DNA of 13,532 nucleotides from a virus (Duplodnaviria; Heunggongvirae; Uroviricota; Caudoviricetes): IMG/VR virus record IMGVR_UViG_2778261085_000011, positions 1 to 13,532 of that record; one strand, 5' to 3'. Shown piece by piece: positions 6,807 to 13,532 of this stretch (position 1 is its first letter; each line of letters starts with the position of its first letter). The notes under the pieces were generated by a model. It saw only the letters and a program-made list of their open reading frames with translations, ran no database searches and was not told where the DNA came from. The position numbers and the translations under genes were made by a program.

Positions 6807-8213
6807 TTACAGTGTGCGCACGTCATCACCGTCAATAGCAATAACGCCATCACCTTCCAGCTTGTACAGCCAGCGTCGGAAGTGTTTCATCTCATACCCC
6901 AGCTTTTTCATATCGTCGCGGAGAAGGGCGATAGTGCACGGCTCACCGTGCGCCGTTCGTGTTCTTATGCACTGCCATAGTGCGGCGTGATTCTCCGTCT
7001 TGTTCCCGGCCTCCTCGATGCGTTCCAGTTCTGCAGGGGCGCGGGGAACGTCAATCACCACCATGGACACAATCTCTTCGCCATCGGTATCGGTGAACAC
7101 CTCCACGCTTTTAAGGTCGTATGCACTCTCTTTTGGCTCCTCTGCGTCCTTCATCTTCGTACATGCCGCCACCAGTGCTGTAACGTCTGAATTTTCCCGG
7201 CCGATTCGGTACTCTGCATCAAGCGCGGCACGGAATGCGCTGGAACCACGCGCCCCCTTTGTTTCATCCTTGCCGGAATGGTGAACCACCAGCACCGTGG
7301 CCCCTGTAGCCTGCTTTATCGCGTCACACCCCTGGATAAATGCGCCCATATCACGGGAATCATTTTCATCATTCCCACCAAAGCAACGGGCCAGCGTGTC
7401 GATCACAATCAGCCGCACATTTTCGCCCGTTCTGCTCTTAACAAGTCCGGCAGTCCTGATAACCTGCTCCACATAGTCAGGCGATGCGGGAAAGACAGGC
7501 GCGTTAACGATGCACAAATCTGTAACCTCTTTTCCGTATGTTATCTCCCACGCCTTAACGCGGCGTTTTACGCCCATACTGCCTTCTCCAGCGATATAGA
7601 TAACCGCGCCCTTACTTACCCTGCGGCCTCCCCATGCCATACCTGTGGCAACATGGCACGACCAGGAAATAGCCAGGAACGATTTATAAGAACCGCTGGC
7701 CCCGTAGGTGCTGCATAATGACTCAGCCGGAATAAGCCCCTTAATTACGTAGCTTTGCTGCGCGTCGAATCCCTCAGAACCCCATGAGATGGGAAGTGTG
7801 ATTTTTCGCTTTCCACCATTCATGACCAGACTTTCCCCGCGTTCCCAGGTTTCTTTAAGCCGCGGTAGTTGCTCACTCCAGTCCTCCAGCAGTTCGAAAT
7901 TCTCTGAAAGTAACCGTGCTTCCTGGACACCTGCGATCGCCAGTTTGGTGGCAATGGTCAGCATCTGCATATCGTCCAGGTTTCCGGCGCGTATGACCTT
8001 TGCTCTGTATCGTCCTTCATCAACAATCTGTAAATTGTCCAGTTCGCTTAACTGATAACGGCCCAGGTAAACCGGAGGGATGGGATCGCCTGCTTTTTTG
8101 GCCTGTGCAATCATGTAATGTTCTGCAAAGGAGTGAGCATTATCACCCGCAAAAATAACCGCCTCAGTGTGTTTATCTTTCGGTAACAGTTTTACGTTCG
8201 GTGCCAGTTTCAT
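6807..8213 (-). CDS. Replication initiator / RecA-fold helicase-type ATPase (RepA/AAA_25-like; primase-helicase family)
   Basis: 468 aa with Walker A-like GASGSYKS, Walker B-like RLIVIDTLARCFGG and LVVHHSGKD; the C-terminal region looks like a wHTH. ATGA overlap with the upstream small gene; iterons follow the stop. Confidence 0.75.
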   Translation of the reverse strand: MKLAPNVKLLPKDKHTEAVIFAGDNAHSFAEHYMIAQAKKAGDPIPPVYLGRYQLSELDNLQIVDEGRYRAKVIRAGNLDDMQMLTIATKLAIAGVQEARLLSENFELLEDWSEQLPRLKETWERGESLVMNGGKRKITLPISWGSEGFDAQQSYVIKGLIPAESLCSTYGASGSYKSFLAISWSCHVATGMAWGGRRVSKGAVIYIAGEGSMGVKRRVKAWEITYGKEVTDLCIVNAPVFPASPDYVEQVIRTAGLVKSRTGENVRLIVIDTLARCFGGNDENDSRDMGAFIQGCDAIKQATGATVLVVHHSGKDETKGARGSSAFRAALDAEYRIGRENSDVTALVAACTKMKDAEEPKESAYDLKSVEVFTDTDGEEIVSMVVIDVPRAPAELERIEEAGNKTENHAALWQCIRTRTAHGEPCTIALLRDDMKKLGYEMKHFRRWLYKLEGDGVIAIDGDDVRTL

Positions 8214-8497
8214 TTCTTACCCCCTGCGACCAGCATTTCACGGATTTTGCGGATATAGCTTGCTGCACGTTTCTGATTTACGGCTTTACGATGGCCCACC
8301 AGCTTAAAATCACGCCGGAACTGATAAACAGGCATCACGCAGTCATATTCGTAGCCATCACGGCGGTAAGTGATGCGCCGTTCTGCCACGCCTTTAATCG
8401 TTACCATGCCGCCATATTTATCGCGGTAAATATCGCCGTTCATAAATTCAGGACGAGCGGGGCCGCTGGCATTAACGCCAGTATTTTTCTTTTTCAT
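8210..8497 (-). CDS. Hypothetical protein (95 aa)
   Basis: ATG at 8497 with GGAGA upstream; stop overlaps the Rep start. Confidence 0.55.
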   Translation of the reverse strand: MKKKNTGVNASGPARPEFMNGDIYRDKYGGMVTIKGVAERRITYRRDGYEYDCVMPVYQFRRDFKLVGHRKAVNQKRAASYIRKIREMLVAGGKK

Positions 8498-8502
8498 GTT
8501 TT

Positions 8503-8730
8503 TTATTCTCCGGTGTGCTGCGCTTTATTATTCTCGTGAATTGCCATCACTGTATTTAATTCATTAATAACAGGCGTTAATAGCGTACGCACGGCAGAAA
8601 ACATCATTGAATCAGATTCATCGCCACTTTCCTGCACATCAATTAACTTAAGTAGTAATGCGTCCATTTCCTTTGCGCGGATTAATTCGTTTTCAGAATG
8701 AACAAGAACATCAAAAGGTATTTTATGCAT
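8503..8730 (-). CDS. Hypothetical protein (75 aa)
   Basis: ATG at 8730 (MHKIPFDVL...) with AGGGAG upstream; the longer ORF start at 8766 has no SD. Confidence 0.45.
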   Translation of the reverse strand: MHKIPFDVLVHSENELIRAKEMDALLLKLIDVQESGDESDSMMFSAVRTLLTPVINELNTVMAIHENNKAQHTGE

Positions 8731-8953
8731 CACACAGTTTCTCCCTGATTCTTTTAGTGTCCTCATTGAGGATGTCTGTATCTTTTGTCAGTGAGTTTTT
8801 GGTAATTATTTTTATTGTTTTAAATTTTCTTTTGTCGTACTCCGACTGTGATTTCCTCTCCATGATCTCTACCATGCAATTTATATCCACAAGCGCATGT
8901 ATCAGTACTTTCAATGCTTCGCCTGCTGCGTCCGGCGTGTTTTTATTGCACAT
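8723..8953 (-). CDS. Hypothetical protein (76 aa)
   Basis: ATG at 8953 preceded by AGGGGGTGA; 8-nt overlap with the next gene. Confidence 0.5.
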   Translation of the reverse strand: MCNKNTPDAAGEALKVLIHALVDINCMVEIMERKSQSEYDKRKFKTIKIITKNSLTKDTDILNEDTKRIREKLCDA

Positions 8954-9155
8954 GTCTCACCCCCTGAATATTCGCGTTAATCATTCCGGCATGCTCTGCG
9001 AGTTCCTGTAATGATTCCCTTGTTGCGACAATGGCTTCATCTGGCAGGTGGTAATTACACACCACGCGACCTTTATCCACATTGACCAGTAGCTGCCCGG
9101 TGAATTTCTCACGAAACTGAACGCGGTTAAGGTCGGTAAGTGACAGGTTAATCAT
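8943..9155 (-). CDS. Hypothetical protein (70 aa)
   Basis: ATG at 9155 ([14 protein letters not shown]...) preceded by AGGGGGTG; overlaps the stop of the 178-aa gene. Confidence 0.5.
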   Translation of the reverse strand: MINLSLTDLNRVQFREKFTGQLLVNVDKGRVVCNYHLPDEAIVATRESLQELAEHAGMINANIQGVRHVQ

Positions 9156-9684
9156 GGCGCACCCCCTGACGAATACGGGCGGCGAATACAGCGACACAAC
9201 CGGACGGGCAATGGTTACGCGCTTCGCGTTCCGTCCATGCGGTGACGTGGATGATTTGGGATTCTGACGCGCCAAAGATGATAAAGCGCCAGATAAAGGC
9301 AGTTTGGGAATGTACAAGGGTAGGGACTGTAGCCATGTTGGCAGCCTCTTCGTTAGGGTTAATAAACCCACCGCAGGAAACGCCAATTTCGCTGGCGGTG
9401 GACTGTACGGGGTTGGCGTAACCGGTTAACGAAGAACCCGGCGCGGATTGCTCCGCCCCCATACAGCCCACCATTGATAAGGTGTGACTATCCGGCACAA
9501 AAAAACACGCAGGGCGCGTGTTGTGCGCTTCGTTAAATACCAGGACGCCAATCCCGGCACCAGATTTTGCTGGTGCGTATAAATCATAGCCCTGGCTGGC
9601 AGTGGCGAGCAACAGGTTTTTTACATCGGGTTTATTCAGGTTGTGCAAGTCCCGCCCTTGCGGGTGTGTGGTATGATTTAACAT
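9148..9684 (-). CDS. Hypothetical Cys-containing protein (178 aa), first gene of the minus-strand operon
   Basis: ATG at 9684 with GAGGT 4 nt upstream. Plausible amino-acid composition, unlike the upstream part of the long open frame. Cys pairs in PACFF, VGCMG, VSCGGF and NHCPSGC. Confidence 0.5.
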   Translation of the reverse strand: MLNHTTHPQGRDLHNLNKPDVKNLLLATASQGYDLYAPAKSGAGIGVLVFNEAHNTRPACFFVPDSHTLSMVGCMGAEQSAPGSSLTGYANPVQSTASEIGVSCGGFINPNEEAANMATVPTLVHSQTAFIWRFIIFGASESQIIHVTAWTEREARNHCPSGCVAVFAARIRQGVRHD

Positions 9685-9714
9685 AGCTACCTCGATACTA
9701 TTGCTATCGTTGGT

Positions 9715-9761
9715 GGTTAGAAGCCCGGTTAGTGTTGACGCACTGCCGGGTTTCGTCGTTT
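9715..9761 (+). repeat. 47-bp direct repeat copy 1, with embedded hairpin followed by a T-rich tract
   Basis: GGTTAGAAGCCCGGTTAGTGTTGACGCACTGCCGGGTTTCGTCGTTT; stem CCCGG..AGTG / CACT.CCGGG; 45/47 identical to copy 2. Confidence 0.85.
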
Positions 9762-10114
9762 CTGAAGCAGGGATAATAAAAGCGTATATGACTTTATTTT
9801 TTAATGAGTTACATGAAAATAATGTTATGTAAGGCTTTTTGTTTATATATAGACCTATAACAATATTGATAGATTTACAGATGGCGACTGCATAAAAAAA
9901 CACAAAATCATAATCACTAACCGCTCGTTTTCCCCATGATGTTATGCAGGGGGTGAGATACGTGAAACTAGACTGCGAAAGCAATGCCTGGTTTATCGTC
10001 CCAGCCGTATGCGTGGAGAGTTCCTGGCTCCGTGCAGAAGGAAATGAATACGAATAAAAACAGTCAGTGCCGTGAGCTGAGGAACCACGGCATATTACTA
10101 TGCAGGTGACCATT

Positions 10115-10345
10115 ATGAACGATAAAAATTTAATAAAAATACTATCACCAACGAGGAGGAAACGGCGTAAAAAAATGGAGCAAAAGCATGATGTCGAGAC
10201 ATTCACACCATGTGTATTTGCCCTTGAGCAGTTTCTTAAAAGGCATAAGCGTATAGTCATGGGACGATATTCCTGGAAAGTAATTAGCGGCAAAGCTCCC
10301 AAAAAACAGGAACAGTCCAGTTGTAATTCTCTACATTCGCCATAA
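10115..10345 (+). CDS. Small basic hypothetical protein (76 aa), paralog of 11045-11242
   Basis: ATG at 10115 with AGGTGA 5 nt upstream. Shares F-x-PC-x-F-x-LE-x-FLK...MG...WK and a Lys/Arg-rich N-terminus with the 11045-11242 product; same-frame conservation of the two paralogs supports plus-strand coding. Confidence 0.55.
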   Translation: MNDKNLIKILSPTRRKRRKKMEQKHDVETFTPCVFALEQFLKRHKRIVMGRYSWKVISGKAPKKQEQSSCNSLHSP

Positions 10346-10500
10346 CCCTTCTTGGTTACATCTGGAGTCATCGGTGCAAACATGAAAAATTTCCGACTAA
10401 ACATATATTCACGGTACACAGCCAGGAAGGTGTATATAAATTTAGGGTGAGTTTGGGTATGCTGTGTTCCAGCCATAATCGTTACCTCATTTAACGGTTT

Positions 10501-10547
10501 GGTTAGAAGCCCGGTTAGTGTTAGCGCACTGCCGGGTTTCGTCGTTT
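10501..10547 (+). repeat. 47-bp direct repeat copy 2 (hairpin plus T-tract), about 155 nt downstream of gene 10115-10345
   Basis: GGTTAGAAGCCCGGTTAGTGTTAGCGCACTGCCGGGTTTCGTCGTTT; could act as a plus-strand intrinsic terminator. Confidence 0.85.
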
Positions 10548-10562
10548 TTATGAATCGATCAT

Positions 10563-10662
10563 TGTGAGATACATAGCCATCACAATGTGAGATACACATT
10601 ATATTGTGGTGATATACATTGCAAGTGTTTTTGTATCTCGCTTTTGTGTATAGTGATATACA
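10563..10662. promoter_or_regulatory. Phased array of GTGA(G/T)ATACA motifs (4 direct, 1 inverted, about 22-bp period); candidate operator
   Basis: TGTGAGATACA at 10563-10573 and 10586-10596, GTGATATACA at 10609-10618 and 10653-10662, inverted TGTATCTC at 10632-10639. Lies immediately upstream of gene 10685-10987. Confidence 0.6.
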
Positions 10663-10684
10663 CATAACTAATTGGTGATTAACT

Positions 10685-10987
10685 ATGTCTGTATACAAAA
10701 ATGCAAAATCGCAAATGACAACGATCAGGGTTCCCCACGATGTTATGGAGGGTATGGAATCCGTAAAACTGGACGGCGAAAGCAACGCCGGATTCATAGT
10801 AACCGCCATGCGTGGTGAGATCGCCCGCCGCCAGGCAGAAGGAAGCGGAGAAAATCCCCTGGTTTCTTCGCTCGATGCACTGGCGCAGGTGGAAAAAATC
10901 GGAGTCAAAGCTGCCGAGGAGATCGGGCAACTCGTCACCGTCGCGCGTGAAGAACTCCAGCGCCGCAAGGCCAAAGAACAGGAGTAA
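10685..10987 (+). CDS. Putative ribbon-helix-helix DNA-binding protein (100 aa); candidate repressor or antitoxin-like regulator
   Basis: ATG at 10685 with GGTGA 6 nt upstream. N-terminal pattern [39 protein letters not shown] fits beta strand, helix A, turn, helix B of RHH proteins; this is inference from pattern only. Confidence 0.5.
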   Translation: MSVYKNAKSQMTTIRVPHDVMEGMESVKLDGESNAGFIVTAMRGEIARRQAEGSGENPLVSSLDALAQVEKIGVKAAEEIGQLVTVAREELQRRKAKEQE

Positions 10988-11044
10988 CCATCACCAGCGC
11001 CGTGGTGCGGTGAACTGTGGCGCACAGGGTTACAGGTATCTACG

Positions 11045-11242
11045 ATGACTGACAAATCATTAAAGAAATTATCTTCATCAAGGAAAAAACAACGCAAAAA
11101 CGCGGTAAGCGAACATGAACAGGAAAGATTCGCGCCATGTGCGTTTGTCCTTGAGAAGTTCCTTAAAGAGTATAGGCGCACAAAAATGGGATCACATACC
11201 TGGAAAACATCGCGGCATGGCGATGTTAAAGAGCAGGAATAG
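11045..11242 (+). CDS. Small basic hypothetical protein (65 aa), paralog of 10115-10345
   Basis: ATG at 11045, TAG at 11240-11242; [19 protein letters not shown]...[28 protein letters not shown]. Confidence 0.55.
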   Translation: MTDKSLKKLSSSRKKQRKNAVSEHEQERFAPCAFVLEKFLKEYRRTKMGSHTWKTSRHGDVKEQE

Positions 11243-11390
11243 CCCACCAGCAAGCCAGTATATTCACCATAATGACCCTCAGTTAAACCTAGAGTCATTG
11301 GTGCAAAGCTGACACATTGCCCACCAGCCGCAAATGTGGCATTGTTGGTGATGCTCATGCGTTGGGGATAACGTGTAGCTTGTGTCGAAG

Positions 11391-11418
11391 GGCCACCGTA
11401 GCGGGTGGCCTTTGTTTT
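11391..11418 (+). terminator. Intrinsic terminator candidate
   Basis: GGCCACC-gtagcg-GGTGGCC perfect 7-bp stem followed by TTTGTTTT. Confidence 0.55.
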
Positions 11419-11514
11419 GCCTGTTATCCGGCAATTGTGGCGCTTCGCTACACGGTTGATATAATCCCACTGCACTGATTCATTTTTTGCGCAGTAGGTT
11501 AATTGTTCGCAAGG

Positions 11515-11542
11515 GCGCTCCGGCAACGGGGCGCTTTTTGTT
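11515..11542 (+). terminator. Intrinsic terminator candidate (second, tandem)
   Basis: GCGCTCCG-gcaa-CGGGGCGC (8 bp with one G-U pair) followed by TTTTTGTT; 28 nt before the convergent alpA stop. Confidence 0.45.
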
Positions 11543-11569
11543 ATGTTCATCGCGTTACGCCTCACACCA

Positions 11570-11776
11570 TTACGCAGCCGTTCCGCGCGCTTCTTCCTCG
11601 CGCTCTTTCAGCCAGGCCAGCACTTCATCTTCATACCAGCCAACACGACGCAGACCGATTTTGAATCCTTTCGGGAATTTTCCGGCGTTGATCATGTCCT
11701 GTAGCGAACTGTCTGCCTTGATGCGCAGAATATTTTTTACTTCCTGACGGGTAAGAATTTTTCTGATTACTTCCAT
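11570..11776 (-). CDS. alpA: AlpA-family transcriptional regulator / excisionase-like protein
   Basis: 68 aa; [41 protein letters not shown] is the typical AlpA HTH signature; GAGGT 8 nt upstream of the ATG at 11776. Confidence 0.85.
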   Translation of the reverse strand: MEVIRKILTRQEVKNILRIKADSSLQDMINAGKFPKGFKIGLRRVGWYEDEVLAWLKEREEEARGTAA

Positions 11777-11841
11777 CGTGTTTTACCTCATTAATCCGGC
11801 GTATTCCGGTGATAAATACGGTAAAACAGGGCAGGGCGGGA

Positions 11842-11881
11842 AAAACAGTACCCACCGTTTTAAAACGGTACCCACTGTTTT
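11842..11881. promoter_or_regulatory. Near-palindromic 40-bp element with two AAAACNGTACCCAC direct repeats around ACCGTTTTAAAACGGT, upstream of alpA
   Basis: AAAACAGTACCCACCGTTTTAAAACGGTACCCACTGTTTT read directly; 65-105 nt upstream of the alpA start, between the int-operon terminator and alpA. Confidence 0.55.
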
Positions 11882-11911
11882 TTATCTCGTTGATTACGCT
11901 TTTCTTTCTGC

Positions 11912-11940
11912 AAAAAAATAGCGACCGCAAGTGGCCGCTA
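11912..11940 (-). terminator. Intrinsic terminator of the int / 80-aa operon
   Basis: Minus strand: UAGCGGCC-acuugc-GGUCGCUA (8-bp stem) followed by U7; begins 7 nt after the stop of gene 11947-12189. Confidence 0.6.
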
Positions 11941-11946
11941 TTGTGA

Positions 11947-12189
11947 TTACCGTTTCCACTTCTTAGGTCGCCCACCGCATTTAAGGCTGGTGGGCCTCAG
12001 CACCTTGTCGATGCTTTCAGCCAGATTTTTTGATGCGCCACGCGAGCGCAAAAAACTGACTACCTCGTGTTTTGTGGGGGCTGTTGATTTGTCTTCCGGA
12101 TCGTACGTTGACCAGAATTCACGATTTGCCATTAAGGCCAACTGAAGGCCTTCACCATAGGCAGGGGATACCTTTTCATTGAAAAACAC
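11947..12189 (-). CDS. Hypothetical protein (80 aa) with basic C-terminus (GGRPKKWKR)
   Basis: GTG start at 12189 with AAGGAG 8 nt upstream; the first in-frame ATG (12132) has no SD. C-terminal GRP-like basic motif hints at DNA binding. Confidence 0.5.
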   Translation of the reverse strand: MFFNEKVSPAYGEGLQLALMANREFWSTYDPEDKSTAPTKHEVVSFLRSRGASKNLAESIDKVLRPTSLKCGGRPKKWKR

Positions 12190-12290
12190 TCGGATAACTC
12201 CTTGAATTTCAAGAGTCGGGTCTCTCTGTATATGGTGATTATACGATGGTTTAGCATGGTTTGCACTGGTTGTACTGGTTTTTTGTACAG

Positions 12291-13532
12291 TTATACTGCA
12301 CGGATACCCCTTTTACCACTGGCTATGGTCACTCCGGTTGCTGCGGCTTCCACAAATTCACCCCACCAGCGCATAAGCACTACACGTTTTTCCAGGTAGT
12401 TACTTCGGTTATATGCCCGCCTTACCTCGTTTGTGTCCACGTGTGCGAGTGCGGCCTCGATTACGTCCGGCTCGAATCCTTCCTCGTTCGCTGCTGTACT
12501 GAATATGGCGCGTAATCCGTGAGACACCAGCACACCAGCGTAACCCATCCGGCGTAATGCAGCGTTAGCGGTCTGGCTGCTCATTGGTAGCATTGGATTT
12601 TTAAGGCTGGGAAAAACATGTTCCCTGTGTGCGCTGATTGGTTTCATGGTTTCCAGTACAGCCATAGCCTGACCGCAAAGGGGGATCACATGGTCACGGC
12701 GCATCTTCATGCGTCCGGCTGGAATCGTCCAGGTTTCGGCATCGAGGTTTATTTCTTCCCAGCGTGCGGCGGCTGCTTCGGCGGGGCGTGCAACGGTCAG
12801 CAGCTGCCACTCAATCAGCAATCTGGTTTGCCGTTCTATGCTGGCGACCGATAAATCGTGCATTAGCTGTGGTAGCTGTTCCGGTCGGATGGTTGGCATG
12901 TGCTTTTTGGTGGGTGAGGGGAATGCCTTGCGGACGTTCGCGGCGGTGTTGATGTCAATCAGACCACTGTTGGCAGCAAAATCCATCACCTCATTGATGC
13001 GCTGTAAAACGCGTTTCAGGGTTTCCAGGTTGCCACGCGCCTTAATGGGGGTGAGTATCTCAACAAAGCGGCGAGCGGTGAGGGTATCTATTGGCGTGTT
13101 TCCGATGTACGGGAATACGTATTTTTCCATGGATCGCCAGATATCCTTAATCGTGTTGTAAGCCAGATTCTGGCCTTTTTTCATCTCGTACCAGTCCGAG
13201 GCAACTTTTTCGAACGTGTTGCCCTTTTTCCGGCTCTCTGCTTCACGTTTCCGGCGTTCGTGGTCCTGTGGGTCAGTTCCCTTTGCTATGAGTGACCTGT
13301 ATTCATTCCGTCGCTCTCTGGCATCAGACAGGGAAACATCATTCAGCGATCCAAGGCTGATAATAGTCCGTTTTTTATCTGCCGGACGGTAGTACGTAAA
13401 ACGCCAGATTTTTGATCCGGAGGGCTTCACCAGAAGAAATAATCCTCCGCCATCCTGCAGGGTGTATTCCTTTTCCCCTGGCCGTGCGTTTTTGATCTCC
13501 GTAATGGTTAGTGGGGTGGTTTTTCGTGCCAT
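12291..13532 (-). CDS. int: Tyrosine recombinase / phage integrase (P4-type)
   Basis: 413 aa; N-terminus MARKTTPLTITEIKNA...DGGGLFLLVKPSGSKIWRFTYY is typical of P4-type integrases; catalytic-region motifs HGLRAIFST and RAYNRSNYLEKR. Start codon is the final 3 nt of the window, so promoter and att site lie beyond 13532. Confidence 0.9.
   Translation of the reverse strand: MARKTTPLTITEIKNARPGEKEYTLQDGGGLFLLVKPSGSKIWRFTYYRPADKKRTIISLGSLNDVSLSDARERRNEYRSLIAKGTDPQDHERRKREAESRKKGNTFEKVASDWYEMKKGQNLAYNTIKDIWRSMEKYVFPYIGNTPIDTLTARRFVEILTPIKARGNLETLKRVLQRINEVMDFAANSGLIDINTAANVRKAFPSPTKKHMPTIRPEQLPQLMHDLSVASIERQTRLLIEWQLLTVARPAEAAAARWEEINLDAETWTIPAGRMKMRRDHVIPLCGQAMAVLETMKPISAHREHVFPSLKNPMLPMSSQTANAALRRMGYAGVLVSHGLRAIFSTAANEEGFEPDVIEAALAHVDTNEVRRAYNRSNYLEKRVVLMRWWGEFVEAAATGVTIASGKRGIRAV

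Noticed and set aside
6387-6980. 197-aa plus-strand ORF and 83-aa minus-strand ORF (6602-6853) over the iteron region
   Set aside because: Both are translations of the TCCCCAC repeats (repetitive PLPTF / WGAKVGS peptides) and overlap the Rep gene's 3' end; repeat artefacts.
9148-11565. 805-aa minus-strand ORF as a single protein
   Set aside because: Only the C-terminal 178 aa, from the ATG at 9684 with an SD, look protein-like. The rest is low-complexity, crosses intergenic regulatory DNA and is antisense to two paralogous plus-strand genes whose shared motifs support plus-strand coding.
11631-11975. 114-aa minus-strand ORF
   Set aside because: Overlaps alpA out of frame and runs through the terminator and alpA promoter region.
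12202-13161. Plus-strand ORFs antisense to the integrase
   Set aside because: Antisense to a well-supported integrase gene; no independent support.

Overview
The window reads as about 13.5 kb of an integrative, phage-satellite-like island (PICI-like architecture) from an enterobacterial-type genome; neither island end is in the window. Almost all genes are on the minus strand, starting from a P4-type tyrosine integrase whose start codon is the last 3 nt of the window. The order, read along the minus strand, is: int, an 80-aa gene, alpA, a short plus-strand module of three small genes preceded by a phased operator-like repeat array, then a translationally coupled minus-strand operon of five small unknown genes, a RecA-fold replication ATPase, a TCCCCAC iteron array (candidate ori), a 267-aa unknown, SSB, a ProQ/FinO-domain protein and a PerC-family gene. 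Downstream lie two tandem lambda-type cos sites, each followed by one copy of a paralogous 95-98 aa gene; the first also keeps a start-less N-terminal fragment of a Nu1-like small terminase. No capsid, tail or large-terminase gene is present. The left 1.6 kb holds a second PerC-like gene, a 1.2-kb region without convincing ORFs carrying a (CCAG)13 microsatellite plus G8 and C7 tracts, and a Panacea-domain (DUF4065) gene cut by the window edge. All homology calls are from reading the six-frame translations and recalled family motifs; no database search was run.
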